Notes under the pieces: generated by a model
Databases searched by the model: none
The model's input: the letters and a program-made list of their open reading frames with translations, nothing else
Told to the model about the DNA's origin: nothing
Shown here: positions 38,901 through 51,434 of the stretch, one piece after another
Layout: every line of letters begins with the position of its first letter
Numbering within the stretch: the first letter of the stretch is position 1
Position numbers and translations under genes: made by a program
Origin: Macrostomum lignano
Lineage: Eukaryota
Reading direction: 5' to 3'
Assembly (NCBI GenBank): GCA_002269645.1
Contig: NIVC01001499.1
Location: forward strand, 310,001 to 374,000
Length of the DNA stretch: 64,000 nucleotides

Positions 38901-41900
38901 TTAAAATCCTTATTTTAGTCAATTAAAAATCCTCATTTCGATCAATTTAAAAACCTCATTTCGATCAATTTAAAATCCTTATTTTGATTAATTTAAAAAC
39001 CTCATTTTGATCAATTTAAAATCCTCATTTCGATCAATTTAAAAACCTCATTTTGATCAATTTAAAATCCTCATTTTGATCAATTTAAAATCCTCATTTT
39101 GATCAATTTAAAAACATCATTTTGATCAATTAAAAATCCTTGTTCTGATCAATTTAAAATCCTCATTTTGATCAATTTAAAATCCTCATTTTGATCAATT
39201 TAAAATCCTCATTTTGATCAATTTAAAATCCTTATTTTGATCAATTTAAAATCATCGTTTTAATCAATTTAAAACTCTCATTTTGATCAATTTAAAATCC
39301 TCATTTCAGTCCATTTAAAATCCTTATTTTGATCAATTTAAAATCCTTATTTTAGTCAATTTAAAATCCTCATTTCGGTCAATTTAAAATCTATTTCCTG
39401 TGTCTGATCTCTCATCTATTCTGTATCTAAACTCTCATCTATTCTATGTGTCTGATCTCTTATCTATTTCCTGTGTCTGATCTCTCATCTATTCTGTATC
39501 TAAACTCTCATCTATTCTATGTGTCTGATCTCTCTATTTTCTGTGTCTAATCTCTCGTCTATTCTCTGTGACTAATCTCGCATCTTTCTCCGTGTCTGAT
39601 CTCTCATCTATTCTGTGTCTGATCTCTCATCTATTCTCTGGTCTAATGTCTCATCTATTCTCCGTGTCTGATCTCTTATCTATTCCCTGTGTCTGATCTC
39701 TCATCTATTCTTTGTCTAAACTCTCATCTATTCTATGTGTCTGATCTCTCTATTTTCTGTGTCTAATCTCTCGTCTATTCTCTGTGTCTAATCTCGCATC
39801 TTTCTCCGTGTCTGATCTCTCGTCTATTCTGTGTCTGATCTCTCATCTATTCTCTGGTCTAATGTCTCATATATTCTCTGTGTCTAATCTCGCATCTTTC
39901 TCCGTGTCTGATCTCTCATCTATTCTGTGTCTGATCTCTCATCTATTCTCTGGTCTAATGTCTTATATATTCTCTGTGTCTAATCTCTTATCTATTCCCT
40001 GTGTCTGATCTCTCATCTATTCTGTATCTAAACTCTCATCTATTCTATGTGTCTGATCTCTCTATTTTCTGTGTCTAATCTCTCGTCTATTCTCCGTGTC
40101 TGATCTCTCGTCTATTCTGTGTCTGATCTCTCATATATTCTCTGTGTCTAATCTCTTATCTATTCTCTGTGTCTAATCTCTTATCTATTCTCTGGTCTTA
40201 TCTCTTATCTATTCTCTGTCTAAACTCTCATCTTTTTTTGTGTCTGATCTCTCTCTTTTCTGCGTCTGATCTCTATATTTTCTGTGTCTGACCTCTTATC
40301 TATTCTCTGTGTCTAATCTCTCATCTATTCTCTTTCTGATCTCTCATCTATTCTCTGTCTGATCTCTCATCGACTCTTTGTGTTGAGGTCTTGAATTTTT
40401 TGTCTAAAAAACCTAAACTGAATGTTTGAAATGGCCTTATTAATCCTATCTAATACCTGAATATGTCTAGATAAAACATATATTTACTCAGCAAAAGTAC
40501 AAAAGTTGTACACTTACACGGCCCTTAGTCGCCAATATTATTGTACTAATATTTAAACAGGTAATATTACTAAAATAATTAATAACGATTTCTACTAACT
40601 AAACAATAAACCTAGTACAAATAATGGAAGTTGTTTTCTCAAACACACGCTTGCACACTTATACACAGAAGGGCAGCGGCGCGCTGTAAAGCGCGAGACA
40701 AAAAATGAGAGAATAAAAAGGGTTGCAACAAGTCAGCTGAGCGGCTAATTGATATGCATGCATTTATATCAGTTGCACACAAGATCAAAGGTAAGGAATT
40801 AGGAGAGGCACCCCCAGGTAAGGGCTTACAGAGAAACAGGGTGCAATTATATATGCACCACGGTGGCCTTACACAGATAGGACAACGTGCAAGAGTTTGT
40901 ATGTACATTCAGAGTTTGTGCATATAAAATTAAATGTTTCTTCGCGTTCATTTCCCTAACAGCAATGCAGTGCAGTAAAGTTATTTCATTGCGGTCAAAT
41001 TGTATAGAGCCTACTTAAAAGTAGGTATGGAGAAGTAGTTAGATAAAGATTCTCATTTTGATAAGTTTAAAATCCATAATTTTGATCAATTTTAAATCCC
41101 CATTTTGATCAATTTAAAATCCTAATTTTGATCAATTTAAAAACCTCATTTTGATCAATTTAAAAACCTCATTTTGATCAATTTAAAAAACCTCATTTTG
41201 ATCAATTTAAAAACCTCATTTCGATCAATTTAAAATCCTTATTTTGATCAATTTAAAATCCAAATAAGGATTAATTTAAAAGGATCAATTCAATGAATAA
41301 GGATCAATTTAAAATTTAAAATCTTCGTTTTGATCAATTTAAAATCCTAATTTTGATTAATTTAAAATCCTCATTCTACTCAATTTAAAATCCTCAGTTC
41401 GATCAATTTAAAATCCTCGTTTTGATCAATTTAAAATCCTCATTTCGATCAATTTAAAATCCTCATTTTGATCAATTTAAAATCCCCATTTTGATCAATT
41501 TAAAATCCTAATTTTGATCAATTTAAAATCCTCATTTTGATCAATTTAAAAACCTCATTTTGATCAATTTAAAATCCTCATTTTGATCAATTTAAAATCC
41601 TCATTTTGATCAATTTAAAATCCTCATTTTGATCAATTTAAAAACCTCATTTTGATCAATTTAAAATCCTTGTTCTGATCAATTTAAAATCCTCATTTCG
41701 ATCAATTTAAAAACCTCATTTTGATCAATTTAAAATCCTCATTTCGATCAATTTAAAAACCTCATTTTGATCAATTTAAAATCCTCATTTTGATTAATTT
41801 AAAAACCTCATTTTGATCAATTTAAAATCCTCATTTTGATCAATTTAAAAACCTCATTTTGATCAATTTAAAATCCTTGTTCTGATCAATTTAAAATCAT

Positions 41901-43300
41901 CATTTTGATCAATTTAAAATCCTCATTTTGATCAATTTAAAATCCTCATTTTGATCAATTTAAAATCCTCGTTTTGATCAATTTAAAATCCTCATTTTGA
42001 TCACCTTAAATCCTCATTTCGATCAATTTAAAATCCTTATTTCGATCAATTTAAAATCCTCATTTTGATCAATTTAAAAACCTCATTTCGATCAATTTAA
42101 AATCCTCATTTCGATCAATTTAAAAACCTCATTTTGATCAATTTAAAATCCTCATTTCGATCAATTTAAAAACCTCATTTTGATCAATTTAAAATCCTCA
42201 TTTTGATTAATTTAAAAACCTCATTTTGATCAATTTAAAATCCTCATTTCGATCAATTTAAAAACCTCATTTTGATCAATTTAAAATCCTCATTTTGATC
42301 AATTTAAAATCCTTATTTTGATCAATTTAAAATCATCGTTTCAGTCCATTTAAAATCCTTATTTTGATCAATTTAAAATCCTTATTTTAGTCAATTTAAA
42401 ATCCTTATTTTGATCAATTTAAAATCATCGTTTTAATCAATTTAAAACTCTCATTTTGATCAATTTAAAATCCTCATTTCAGTCCATTTAAAATCCTTAT
42501 TTTGATCAATTTAAAATCCTTATTTTAGTCAATTTAAAATCCTCATTTCGGTCAATTTTGAATCCTCATTTCAGTCAATTTAAAATCCTCATTTCGGTCA
42601 ATTTTGAATCCTCATTTCGTTCAATTAAAAATCCTCATTTCGATCAATTTAAAAACCTCATTTCGATCAATTTAAAATCCTTATTTTGATTAATTTAAAA
42701 ACCTCATTTTGATCAATTTAAAATCCTCATTTCGATCAATTTAAAAACCTCATTTTGATCAATTTAAAATCCTCATTTTGATCAATTTAAAATCCTCATT
42801 TTGATCAATTTAAAAACATCATTTTGATCAATTAAAAATCCTTGTTCTGATCAATTTAAAATCCTCATTTTGATCAATTTAAAATCCTCATTTTGATCAA
42901 TTTAAAATCCTCATTTTGATCAATTTAAAATCCTTATTTTGATCAATTTAAAATCATCGTTTTAATCAATTTAAAACTCTCATTTTGATCAATTTAAAAT
43001 CCTCATTTCAGTCCATTTAAAATCCTTATTTTGATCAATTTAAAATCCTTATTTTAGTCAATTTAAAATCCTCATTTCGGTCAATTTAAAATCCTCATTT
43101 TGATTAATTTAAAATCCCCATTTTGATCAATTTAAAATTCTCATTTTGATCAATTTAAAATCCTTATTTCGATCAATTTTGAATCCTCATTTCGTTCAAT
43201 TAAAAATCCTCATTTCGATCAATTTAAAATCCTTATTTTGGTCAATTTAAAATCCTCACTTTGATCAATTTAAAATCCTCACTTTGACCCAACTGAAATC
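34923..43300. repeat. 4468-bp tandem segmental duplication in TBC intron 1 (second copy starts 39391)
   Basis: unique spacer 35900-36585 repeated at 40368-41053; ORFs 35316/39784 and 36171/40639 are identical with offset 4468. Confidence 0.92.
36585..39390. repeat. 23-bp AT-rich satellite (TTTGATCAATTTAAAATCCTCAT)n, copy 1
   Basis: direct reading. Confidence 0.97.
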
Positions 43301-43310
43301 CTCACTTTGA
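41053..43310. repeat. 23-bp AT-rich satellite, copy 2, running up to the splice donor
   Basis: direct reading. Confidence 0.97.
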
Positions 43311-43315
43311 CTCAC

Positions 43316-43993
43316 CTGCCTTCCATCGGAAGAAATAGAAGAACTGGGACTCCATTTCTCTCGCCAGCCAAACAGTTTATTTAACAGATTGGACTGTTGC
43401 TGCTGTTGCTGCTGTTGCTGCTGCTGCTGCTGAGACTGCAACTGCAACTGCTGTCTCCTAGTAGGACTTCCACCAATAGCAGCAGCAGCAGAGCTCGAGG
43501 CGGAGTCGAACTGTTGCAAAGAGATCCTGTCGCCTTCTGGAAGCGACAGCTCAGTAGAGGCGGACACAAGCGAGGATAAACTAGAAAATGACGAACAATG
43601 CTGAATACCAGCTGGGTTCAACAGTACGCCGCTGCTACCAGCTTGATGATTTGGCGTACCCGAAGTACTCTGCTGCTGCTGAAGCAGTACGCCATGCAGA
43701 TCGCTGGAACTGCGCTGATGAGAGGCGGCAATAAGAGTGGCAGTGCTGGTACGCTTACTAGACACAGAAGAGAAGGATCTCTGCACTGGCGCTGATTGCT
43801 CAGCAGCCTGACGGATATCACCAGAACACAATGTACTTTCTAAGTCCACTGATTCAAAATCGTCTGTTGATTTTTCTTCGGCAGCCGGTTCGCTGTCATC
43901 GGTTTCCATAGCAGTATTAGTACCACCATTAATTATTGGAACTGTTGAGTTATCAGTGTCAGAATGCTCAGACTGTGGTCGCACTTGTTGCAT
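43316..43993 (-). CDS. TBC1D14: TBC1D12/14-like RabGAP, exon 1 (low-complexity N-terminus)
   Basis: open S/Q-rich frame, CAG|gtgagt donor in phase 0; first ATG at 43993 (the ORF-track start at 44044 is TTG); true start uncertain. Confidence 0.75.
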
Positions 43994-44264
43994 TGTTTCT
44001 GTGGCGCATGTCGTCTCAGACCATGCATTAATTTTGGATTTCAATTTTTTATGAATTATTAAACGTCTTATACAAGCTACTTATAGTAGTAAACAGATAA
44101 TAAAGACACCTTCCTAGTCTTACAAGTATTGCAGGAAAACTACTAACGAATACTAAGCTAGTCAGAATGTGGAAAGAGGGTCAGTAGAGGGAATCAGTGA
44201 ATGCAGTGAGTCTGTAGAGAAAGAGTTAGTAGTCAATACTTTAGAGTGAGAATCAGCAAAGAAG

Positions 44265-44718
44265 AGAGTCGGTGGAGTCAGGGAGTCAGTGGAGGGAGAG
44301 AAGTCAGTGGTGAGTCAGCGGAGGGAGAGAAGTCAGTGGAGGGAGTCAGTGGAGGGAGTCAGTGGTGAGTCAGTAGAGGGAGTCAGCGGAGGGAGAGAAG
44401 TAAGTGGAGAGTCAGTGGAGGGAGTCAGCGGAGGGAGAGAAGTAAGTGGAGAGTCAGTGGAGGGAGTCAGTGGAGGGAGTCAGTGGAGGGAGTCAGTGGT
44501 GAGAGTCAGTGGAGGGAGTCAGTGGTGAGAGTCAGTGGAGGGAGTCCGTGGAGGGAGTCAGTGGAGGGAGTCAGTGGAGGGAGTCTGTGGAGGGAGTCAG
44601 TGGTGAGAGTCAGTGGAGGGAGTCAGTGGAGGGAGTCCGTGGAGGGAGTCCGTGGTGAGAGTCCGTTAAAGGAGTCAGAGGAGAGTCAGTGGTGAGTCAG
44701 TGGAGAGAGTCAGTGGAA
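44265..44718. repeat. 13-15-bp minisatellite (GAGTCAGTGGAGG..)n
   Basis: direct reading. Confidence 0.9.
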
Positions 44719-44796
44719 TCATAGGTACACAGGAACAGTACCAACCGGGACTGCACGCAAGCAAAATCTGTGGAAACCAAGCAGACACGGGATAAA

Positions 44797-44812
44797 GACG
44801 GCCCCGCCCAAA
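44797..44812 (-). promoter_or_regulatory. GC box (GGGCGGGGC), possibly part of the TBC gene promoter
   Basis: TTGGGCGGGGCC on - strand about 0.8 kb upstream of exon 1; single motif only. Confidence 0.25.
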
Positions 44813-45656
44813 TAAAAACAGCAAATTCTTTGATCTGAACTAGAATATCAGGTATTATATGAATAACTAAAGCAATGGACATGGCTGCGAGTATGCATAC
44901 TATATATACAAGGCTAAATTCAGTAACCTGCCGGTAGCCACGCCTATTAGAAAAAGCAAGCGACATCACTCAGTCAGGCGTGCAGAAAGAATAGAAATAA
45001 TTGCGTTTAAAAGATTCTAACAATACGATGCTTCTTTGGGAACGGAAAACGCTAAAAGATAATCACAGTAGTGGCTCTTCATTTTTGACAAAACTGATAT
45101 TTAAGCACAAGGCAGGTGCATCATTATTTTTTCTCTAGGTTGTAAAAGCCACTTTTGTGAGTTGAAATTCAAAAAGGCAATTCTTGTTGCTTTGAGGGCG
45201 GTTAGGGCTTTTATTGCTTGTGACAGTGAGTGTATATGCCTGACGATTGGAAGGTCAGAGGACCGTTGAACACCTCTATGAGAAAGAGTTTCGATATTTA
45301 TAGATAAATATTAATTATTAATAAATACTTACTTACCCTAAAGATTCAGACATAGGAAAAGAAAATATAAGAGAGCTATAAATTGCGGAGGGTTCCTGTT
45401 ATAAATATGATCTACAGACAGTCTGCCGGAGCCAATAGGAATAGACACAAGCTGCATTCTTTTCTAGAAAAGGTGTAGAAAATCATATCAAATCATAAAA
45501 CTAACAATCCCAACTGGTTTAATACTGCATCTGGATTCTGCATTTTAAGGGCTACATCTACTCTACATTCTACAATATTGGTTTGGCTATTACCGGCATT
45601 GACAACTGTTTAATTCTTCTAATAAATCTTCTAACTGAGTCTGCGATTGCATCTGT

Positions 45657-46335
45657 TCTACAGCTTGGCACCCAGGTCTACACTAGGCCTACAGCTTGGC
45701 ACCCAGGTCTACACTAGGCCTACAGCTTGGCACCCAGGTCTATACTAGGCCTACAGCTTGGCACCCAGGTCTACACTAGGCCTACAGCTTGGCATCCAGG
45801 TCTACACTAGGCCTACAGCTTGGCATCCAGGTCTACACTAGGCCTACAGCTTGGCATCCAGGTCTACACTAGGCCTACAGCTTGGCATCCAGGTCTACAC
45901 TAGGCCTACAGCTTGGCACCCAGGTCTACACTAGGCCTACAGCTTGGCATCCAGGTCTACACTAGGCCTACAGCTTGGCACCCAGGTCTACACTAGGCCT
46001 ACAGCTTGGCATCCAGGTCTACACTAGGCCTACAGCTTGGCATCCAGGTCTACACTAGGCCTACAGCTTGGCATCCAGGTCTACACTAGGCCTACAGCTT
46101 GGCATCCAGGTCTACACTAGGCCTACAGCTTGGCACCCAGGTCTACACTAGGCCTACAGCTTGGCATCCAGGTCTACACTAGGCCTACAGCTTGGCACCC
46201 AGGTCTACACTAGGCCTACAGCTTGGCATCCAGGTCTACACTAGGCCTACAGCTTGGCACCCAGGTCTACACTAGGCCTACAGCTTGGCACCCAGGTCTA
46301 CACTAGGCCTACAGCTTGGCACCTAGGTCTACAAC
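45657..46335. repeat. 31-bp minisatellite (CTACAGCTTGGCA[C/T]CCAGGTCTACACTAGGC)n
   Basis: direct reading; very homogeneous. Confidence 0.97.
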
Positions 46336-47209
46336 TTGACAAAGAAATGATAAAACCGAAACTAAATCAAAAGCAAAAGATTCCTGCAGTTTTCTGCAAA
46401 AAAACAGTTTTCTTTTATTTCAGTACAGACATGTACCATTTACAGTCAATAGAATACGCTAATGCAAAAATAATATAACGAGAGCAAAGCGATATAATAT
46501 GATTGTAATAATAATAATAATAATAGATTAAAAACAATCAATCAAGACAGCTTATTATACATACATAAATATATATATATATATTCTAAATAGCAGCCTA
46601 AATACCGTTTAGTCGTGTGTGACGCAAAAATTGAATATTAGAGTTTTCTTTCTTCCTAAGTTAAGGACGGTCAGGTTTCCTGTGTGTACAGGATTAATAA
46701 TAAATTCTTCACAATAAACTTCAAGTTCTAGCATGTAAATAGTAATAAAAAACATTACTATTATTGACAAGAATTAATTTTCGTGCAAACCATATTGAAT
46801 CTTGAGTAAAATATAGAAGCTACAGAAAAAAACTAAAACGATAAAAAAACAGAAAATACAGTACTCATGTTATGTAAGATTTTTTTTGCAATTGTGATTT
46901 GTTTTCAATGATACAAAATAAAACTGTTATCATTGCAACTACTACACAGAGAAGATTACAGCAATCAAATTTATTGATTACTCGACAATGTTAAATAAGT
47001 GCAGCAGCTTCATTAAAATATCGGATCGCGTTGCTGGGTGCTATAAATAAATAATAAGAGATTTCCTAGTTCAGTTGCATAATATTTAAGCATAGCAAAA
47101 ATTTTATAGAGGACTAGATAATGGAAATTTAACCCAAGTAAGTTTAATGAATAATAAAACTATTGAGGGCACATTGAAAATAATGTGCCTATGTATATGC
47201 TCGTCAAGG

Positions 47210-47715
47210 AATGGGGTGGCTGTTATTAGAGAGTGTACAATGGGGAGTGGGGTGGCTGTTATTAGAGAGTGTACAATGGGGAGTGGGGTGGCTGTTATTA
47301 GAGAGTGTACACTGGGGAGTGGGGTGGCTGTTATTAGAGAGTTGTACACTGGGGAGTGGGGTGGCTGTTATTAGAGAGTGTACAATGGGGAGTGGGGTGG
47401 CTGTTATTAGAGAGTGTACACTGGGGAGTGGGGTGGCTGTTATTAGAGAGTTGTACACTGGGGAGTGGGGTGGCTGTTATTAGAGTGTACACTGGGGAGT
47501 GGGGTGGCTGTTATTAGAGAGTTGTACACTGGGGAGTGGGGTGGCTGTTATTAGAGAGTACACTGGGGAGTGGGGTGGCTGTTATTAGAGAGTTGTACAC
47601 TGGGGAGTGGGGTGGCTGTTATTAGAGAGTGTACACTGGGGAGTGGGGTGGCTGTTAATAGAGAGTGTACACTGGGGAGTGGGGTGGCTGTAATCAGCGA
47701 GTGTACATTGGGGAC
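47210..47715. repeat. 36-bp G-rich minisatellite (GGGGAGTGGGGTGGCTGTTATTAGAGAGTGTACACT)n
   Basis: direct reading. Confidence 0.95.
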
Positions 47716-48947
47716 TGGTGACTGCCATCAGAGTGTACATTGGGTAGTGTCACTGAATGGTTAAAATACACTAATATAGGCCCTACTATGGTTTTGATAA
47801 CAATTGAATATTTTGTGCAGAATTACGAACTACATTATTGATTTTGCGATAAAATTCCTGTGATACCACCTAATTATAGTTAGGCGGATAGTAATATCTG
47901 ACAAATTAATATAAAAAAGCATCATGACATAAATCATTACTCTACTGTGATCACAGTTAAGGAGAAATCACGTTTACTGCAATTAGAAATATATTGCTAT
48001 AGGCGAAGACGTGTCGCATGAGAACCGTGAACTCTTGACAGCAATTTAATACAAGTAAAAAAGGAGTTACACATAAGACGCGAAAAGTCAATAAGAATTA
48101 GTCAAGCATATCAATTTCTTTTGTAAATAAATTACGTACATCATAGCAAATACAAGACAGAAAAAGCAAGATCTTATTACTAAGGCAAAATTTTGCAAGT
48201 GAATTACATTTTTTACGAATAAATAGAAAATGGGGAGAAAAACTCATATTAACACGAACTAAAGGCAAAATAGTAAATATAGCAAATACATGTAAATTTA
48301 TAGATACAGATAGCTAATATAAATAAATATTACTTAGCAAGCTTATCTAAACATGGCTTAGTTACAAACAATTTGTTAATATTCTGCCAAAAAAAGTATA
48401 TTTTTTATAATAATCATATTTAATATCTTGATATAGGATTCGAATGATAAATGCGCGACCTCTAAATAAACCTAAATAAATCAAATTTACTGTAATTTGA
48501 ATATATGATTTGTTTTACTCATAATATTGATATAAGTAGCTAAATTTGTTTTCAATAATAACAACTGCCGCAAAACTATCAAAGTAAAGTGAAACTTGAT
48601 TACAAAACATAAAACGAGAATTTTTTATGAGCCTTAGTTTCTGTCGCTAAATCAATAAGCAAAAACGTGGGACTGAGAAGTCAATAAGCATTTATTATTG
48701 ACACATGTAAAAACACGGTCACATTACATGAGAGACGATTATAAACACATTTTTGTCTTGCGCTGGTGCTTAGATTAGAAAAAACTGGATTTAGATAAAC
48801 ACATAAGGTTGTTTATAGATTCTACAGAAATGTTTATTAAATCGAAAAAGGTGTTTATAAATTCTAAAAGGGTGTTTATGGATTCCAAAGAGGTTTATAT
48901 AACCTAAAAGGGTGTTTATGAATAATAATAACAATTGACTAAATCTG

Positions 48948-49112
48948 CCGGCTGCGTACGGCTGTTCAGTCCAAGGACTGGGGGGGGGGGGTCGCCACAC
49001 ACAGCCTTAATAACCCCAGCTAATGCTGGCACCCATTTTACAGCTGGGTGAAGTCCTGTTCAAGGACACATTTTTTTCGAGTGGTATTGGGAATCGAATC
49101 CCCGACCTTCAC
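48948..49112 (-). mobile_element. Family-1 SINE fragment inside a degenerate AAGGGTGTTTATGGATTC array
   Basis: near-identical to 12050-12140 plus GGGAATCGAATCCCCGACCTTC B-box region. Confidence 0.75.
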
Positions 49113-49364
49113 AAGCTACAATTCTTAAAAATGGTGTTTATGGATTCTAAAAAGGTTGTTTATTGATTATAAAAGGGTGTTATAACGATAACAATAGATT
49201 TTTAAAAAACGAATGTTTATAATAAATTCTCTAAATGGGTGCGCAATCTGGGGTTAAAATCAATAAATACATATTATAATATAATAGTTGCTAAAGGTAA
49301 GGCCAACCCAGACATCAAAACTATTTAATAGATGTTTATACAGATTTCGGTGTGAGGTACAAAC

Positions 49365-49859
49365 TCAATGAGAGCCAGCACTGCCAAAGCTCAGCGCATG
49401 CAATCTCTGAGTGGCCTCTTCAACGCTCATATCGACTGTACTAGCGGCCGGAGCCAAGCCCAGACAGGCGCCCCAGAAGGGTCGCTGTACTCGAACAACT
49501 TGATGAATCAATTCAACAGCGTCAGCATTCGGTCGCCGCAGTCGTTCAGCGTCTGACAGCTGCGGCACAGGTTCGCCTAGCAGTACGCGAAGGCAGGCTT
49601 CAACGCAAGCTGGCAAAGTGGCAAGATCGTAGCCGCCTTCCAGCGCCAGAGCCACCCGGCCGCCTGGGGTGGCGTGCAAGAGTTGCCAGGTTAACTGGGC
49701 GAAGCCTTCAGGCGACAGGCAGTAGCCGCCTAGGTTGGATGGGTGGCCTCTAGCCGCGTCGAAACCCGCCGATACGAGTAAAATATTGGGCGCGTATTGC
49801 GCTACTACTGGCAGTACGATTGCGCGAAATGCTGCCAGGTATTCAGCGTCGCCCATGAC
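49365..49859 (-). CDS. HDAC4: Class IIa HDAC, exon 5 (catalytic C-terminus, NES-like end)
   Basis: gtcag|GTC; MGDAEYLAAF, LVSAGFDAA.GH..LGGY, VALALEGGYDL, EEATQRLHALSF. Confidence 0.95.
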   Translation of the reverse strand, partial: VMGDAEYLAAFRAIVLPVVAQYAPNILLVSAGFDAARGHPSNLGGYCLSPEGFAQLTWQLLHATPGGRVALALEGGYDLATLPACVEACLRVLLGEPVPQLSDAERLRRPNADAVELIHQVVRVQRPFWGACLGLAPAASTVDMSVEEATQRLHALSFGSAGSH

Positions 49860-49921
49860 CTGACAAATGCGTTAGGGGGGGGGGGGGTTATGGACTTTTT
49901 AAAAACTTGCTGAAAATTTTC

Positions 49922-50848
49922 AGGCGTGTTTCAGTAAGCTGAAGCTAACCTACTTCATATGTGTTTCAGTAAGCTGAAGCTAACCTACTTCATATGTGTT
50001 TCAGTAAGCTGAAGCTAACCTACTTCAGGTGTGTTTCTGTAAACTGAAGCTAACCTACTTCAGGTGTGTTTCAGTAAGCTGAAGCTAACCTACTTCATAT
50101 GTGTTTCAGTAAGCTGAAGCTAACCTACTTCATATGTGTTTCAGTAAGCTGAAGCTAACCTACTTCAGGTGTGTTTCAGTAAACTGAAGCTAACCTACTT
50201 CAGGTGTGTTTCAGTAAGCTGAAGCTAACCTACTTCATGTGTTTCAGTAAGCTGAAGACTGAAATAAACCTACTTCATGTGTTTCAGTAAGCTGAAGACT
50301 GAAGTAAAGCTACTTCAGGTGTGTTTCAGTAAGCTGAAGCCTGAAGTAAAGCCACTTCAGGTGTGTTTCAGTAAGTTGAAGCTAGCCTACTAAAGGCGTG
50401 TTTCAGTAAGCTGAAGCTAACCTACCTTATGTGTGTTTCAGTAAGCTGAAGCCTGAAGTAAACCCACTTCAGGTGTGTTTCAGTAAGCTGAAGCTAACTT
50501 ACTTCAGGTTTGTTTAAGTAAGCTGAGGCCTGAAGTAAAGCTACTTCAGGTGTGTTTCAGTAAGCTGAAGCTAACCTACTTCAGGTGTGTTTCAGTAAGC
50601 TGAAGCTAACCTACTTCATGTGTTTCAGTAAGCTGAAGCCTGAAGTAAAGCTACTTCAGGTATGTTTCAGTAAGCTGAAGCCTGAAGTAAAGCTACTTCA
50701 GTTGGGTTTCAGCAAGCTGAAGCCTGAGAAAAGCTACTTCAGGTGTGTTTCAGCAAGCTGAAGCCTGAAGTAAAGCTACTTCAGGTGTGTTTCAGCAAGC
50801 TGAAGCCTGAAGTAAAGCCACTTCAGGTGTGTTTCAGTAAGCTGAAGC
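49922..50848. repeat. 35/42-bp minisatellite (GTGTTTCAGTAAGCTGAAGCTAACCTACTTCAGGT)n
   Basis: direct reading; internal TTCAG-taag-CTGAA hairpin; HDAC intron 4. Confidence 0.95.
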
Positions 50849-51114
50849 TATAGTCTACCTACTTTATTATATCGACTATGTTTATCAACAATCCGCAATA
50901 AACACTAAAGTAAAAAGTACACACACGCGTATCAAGATTAAAGACAGGCACATCCGGGATCTCCTCTATTAAGCTACCTGTCAGACACAAAATATCATAT
51001 ATCATACTTTATTATCTACATATCCATCCACCACAGCTCGACAGATCACTTACATCACTTACTGCAGATCATGTGTGGTAAACAATATTATTTTTGAGAC
51101 TATTGCTTGCTTAC

Positions 51115-51381
51115 CTGTCCAGACCAAGGTATGTTAATATTAGTACCAAGTCCAGCCCCAGTGCCGATTTCATCTAGCGCTCCGGAACCGGGAAAAAATG
51201 CTCCGCCATCGTAACGATGCAGCGAGATGTACAGCACGCTCGGATCGGAATAGAATGTCGACTGAGTCCCGTTGCCATGGTGAACGTCCCAGTCGACTAT
51301 GCAAACTCGGGCCGCTTGGCCGGACCGAACTAAACTGCGAGCGGCTATGGCAACGGAATTGAAGTAGCAGAACCCCATGGC
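51115..51381 (-). CDS. HDAC4: Class IIa HDAC, exon 4
   Basis: accag|GCC, CAG|gtaag; [39 protein letters not shown]. Confidence 0.95.
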
Positions 51382-51434
51382 CTGGTGAGGTGGGGGTGGG
51401 GTTGAGTGTTGAATAGACTGCTGTGTTATATTGT

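Noticed and set aside
44697-44969. Hydrophobic 90-aa - strand ORF upstream of the TBC gene
   Set aside because: No recognisable family, it ends inside a minisatellite, it overlaps a GC-box and probable promoter region, and I found no convincing splice link to exon 1.
45657-46335. CRISPR-like appearance of 31-bp repeats (also other 31-36-bp arrays)
   Set aside because: Units are contiguous with no unique spacers, there are no cas genes, and the context is eukaryotic.
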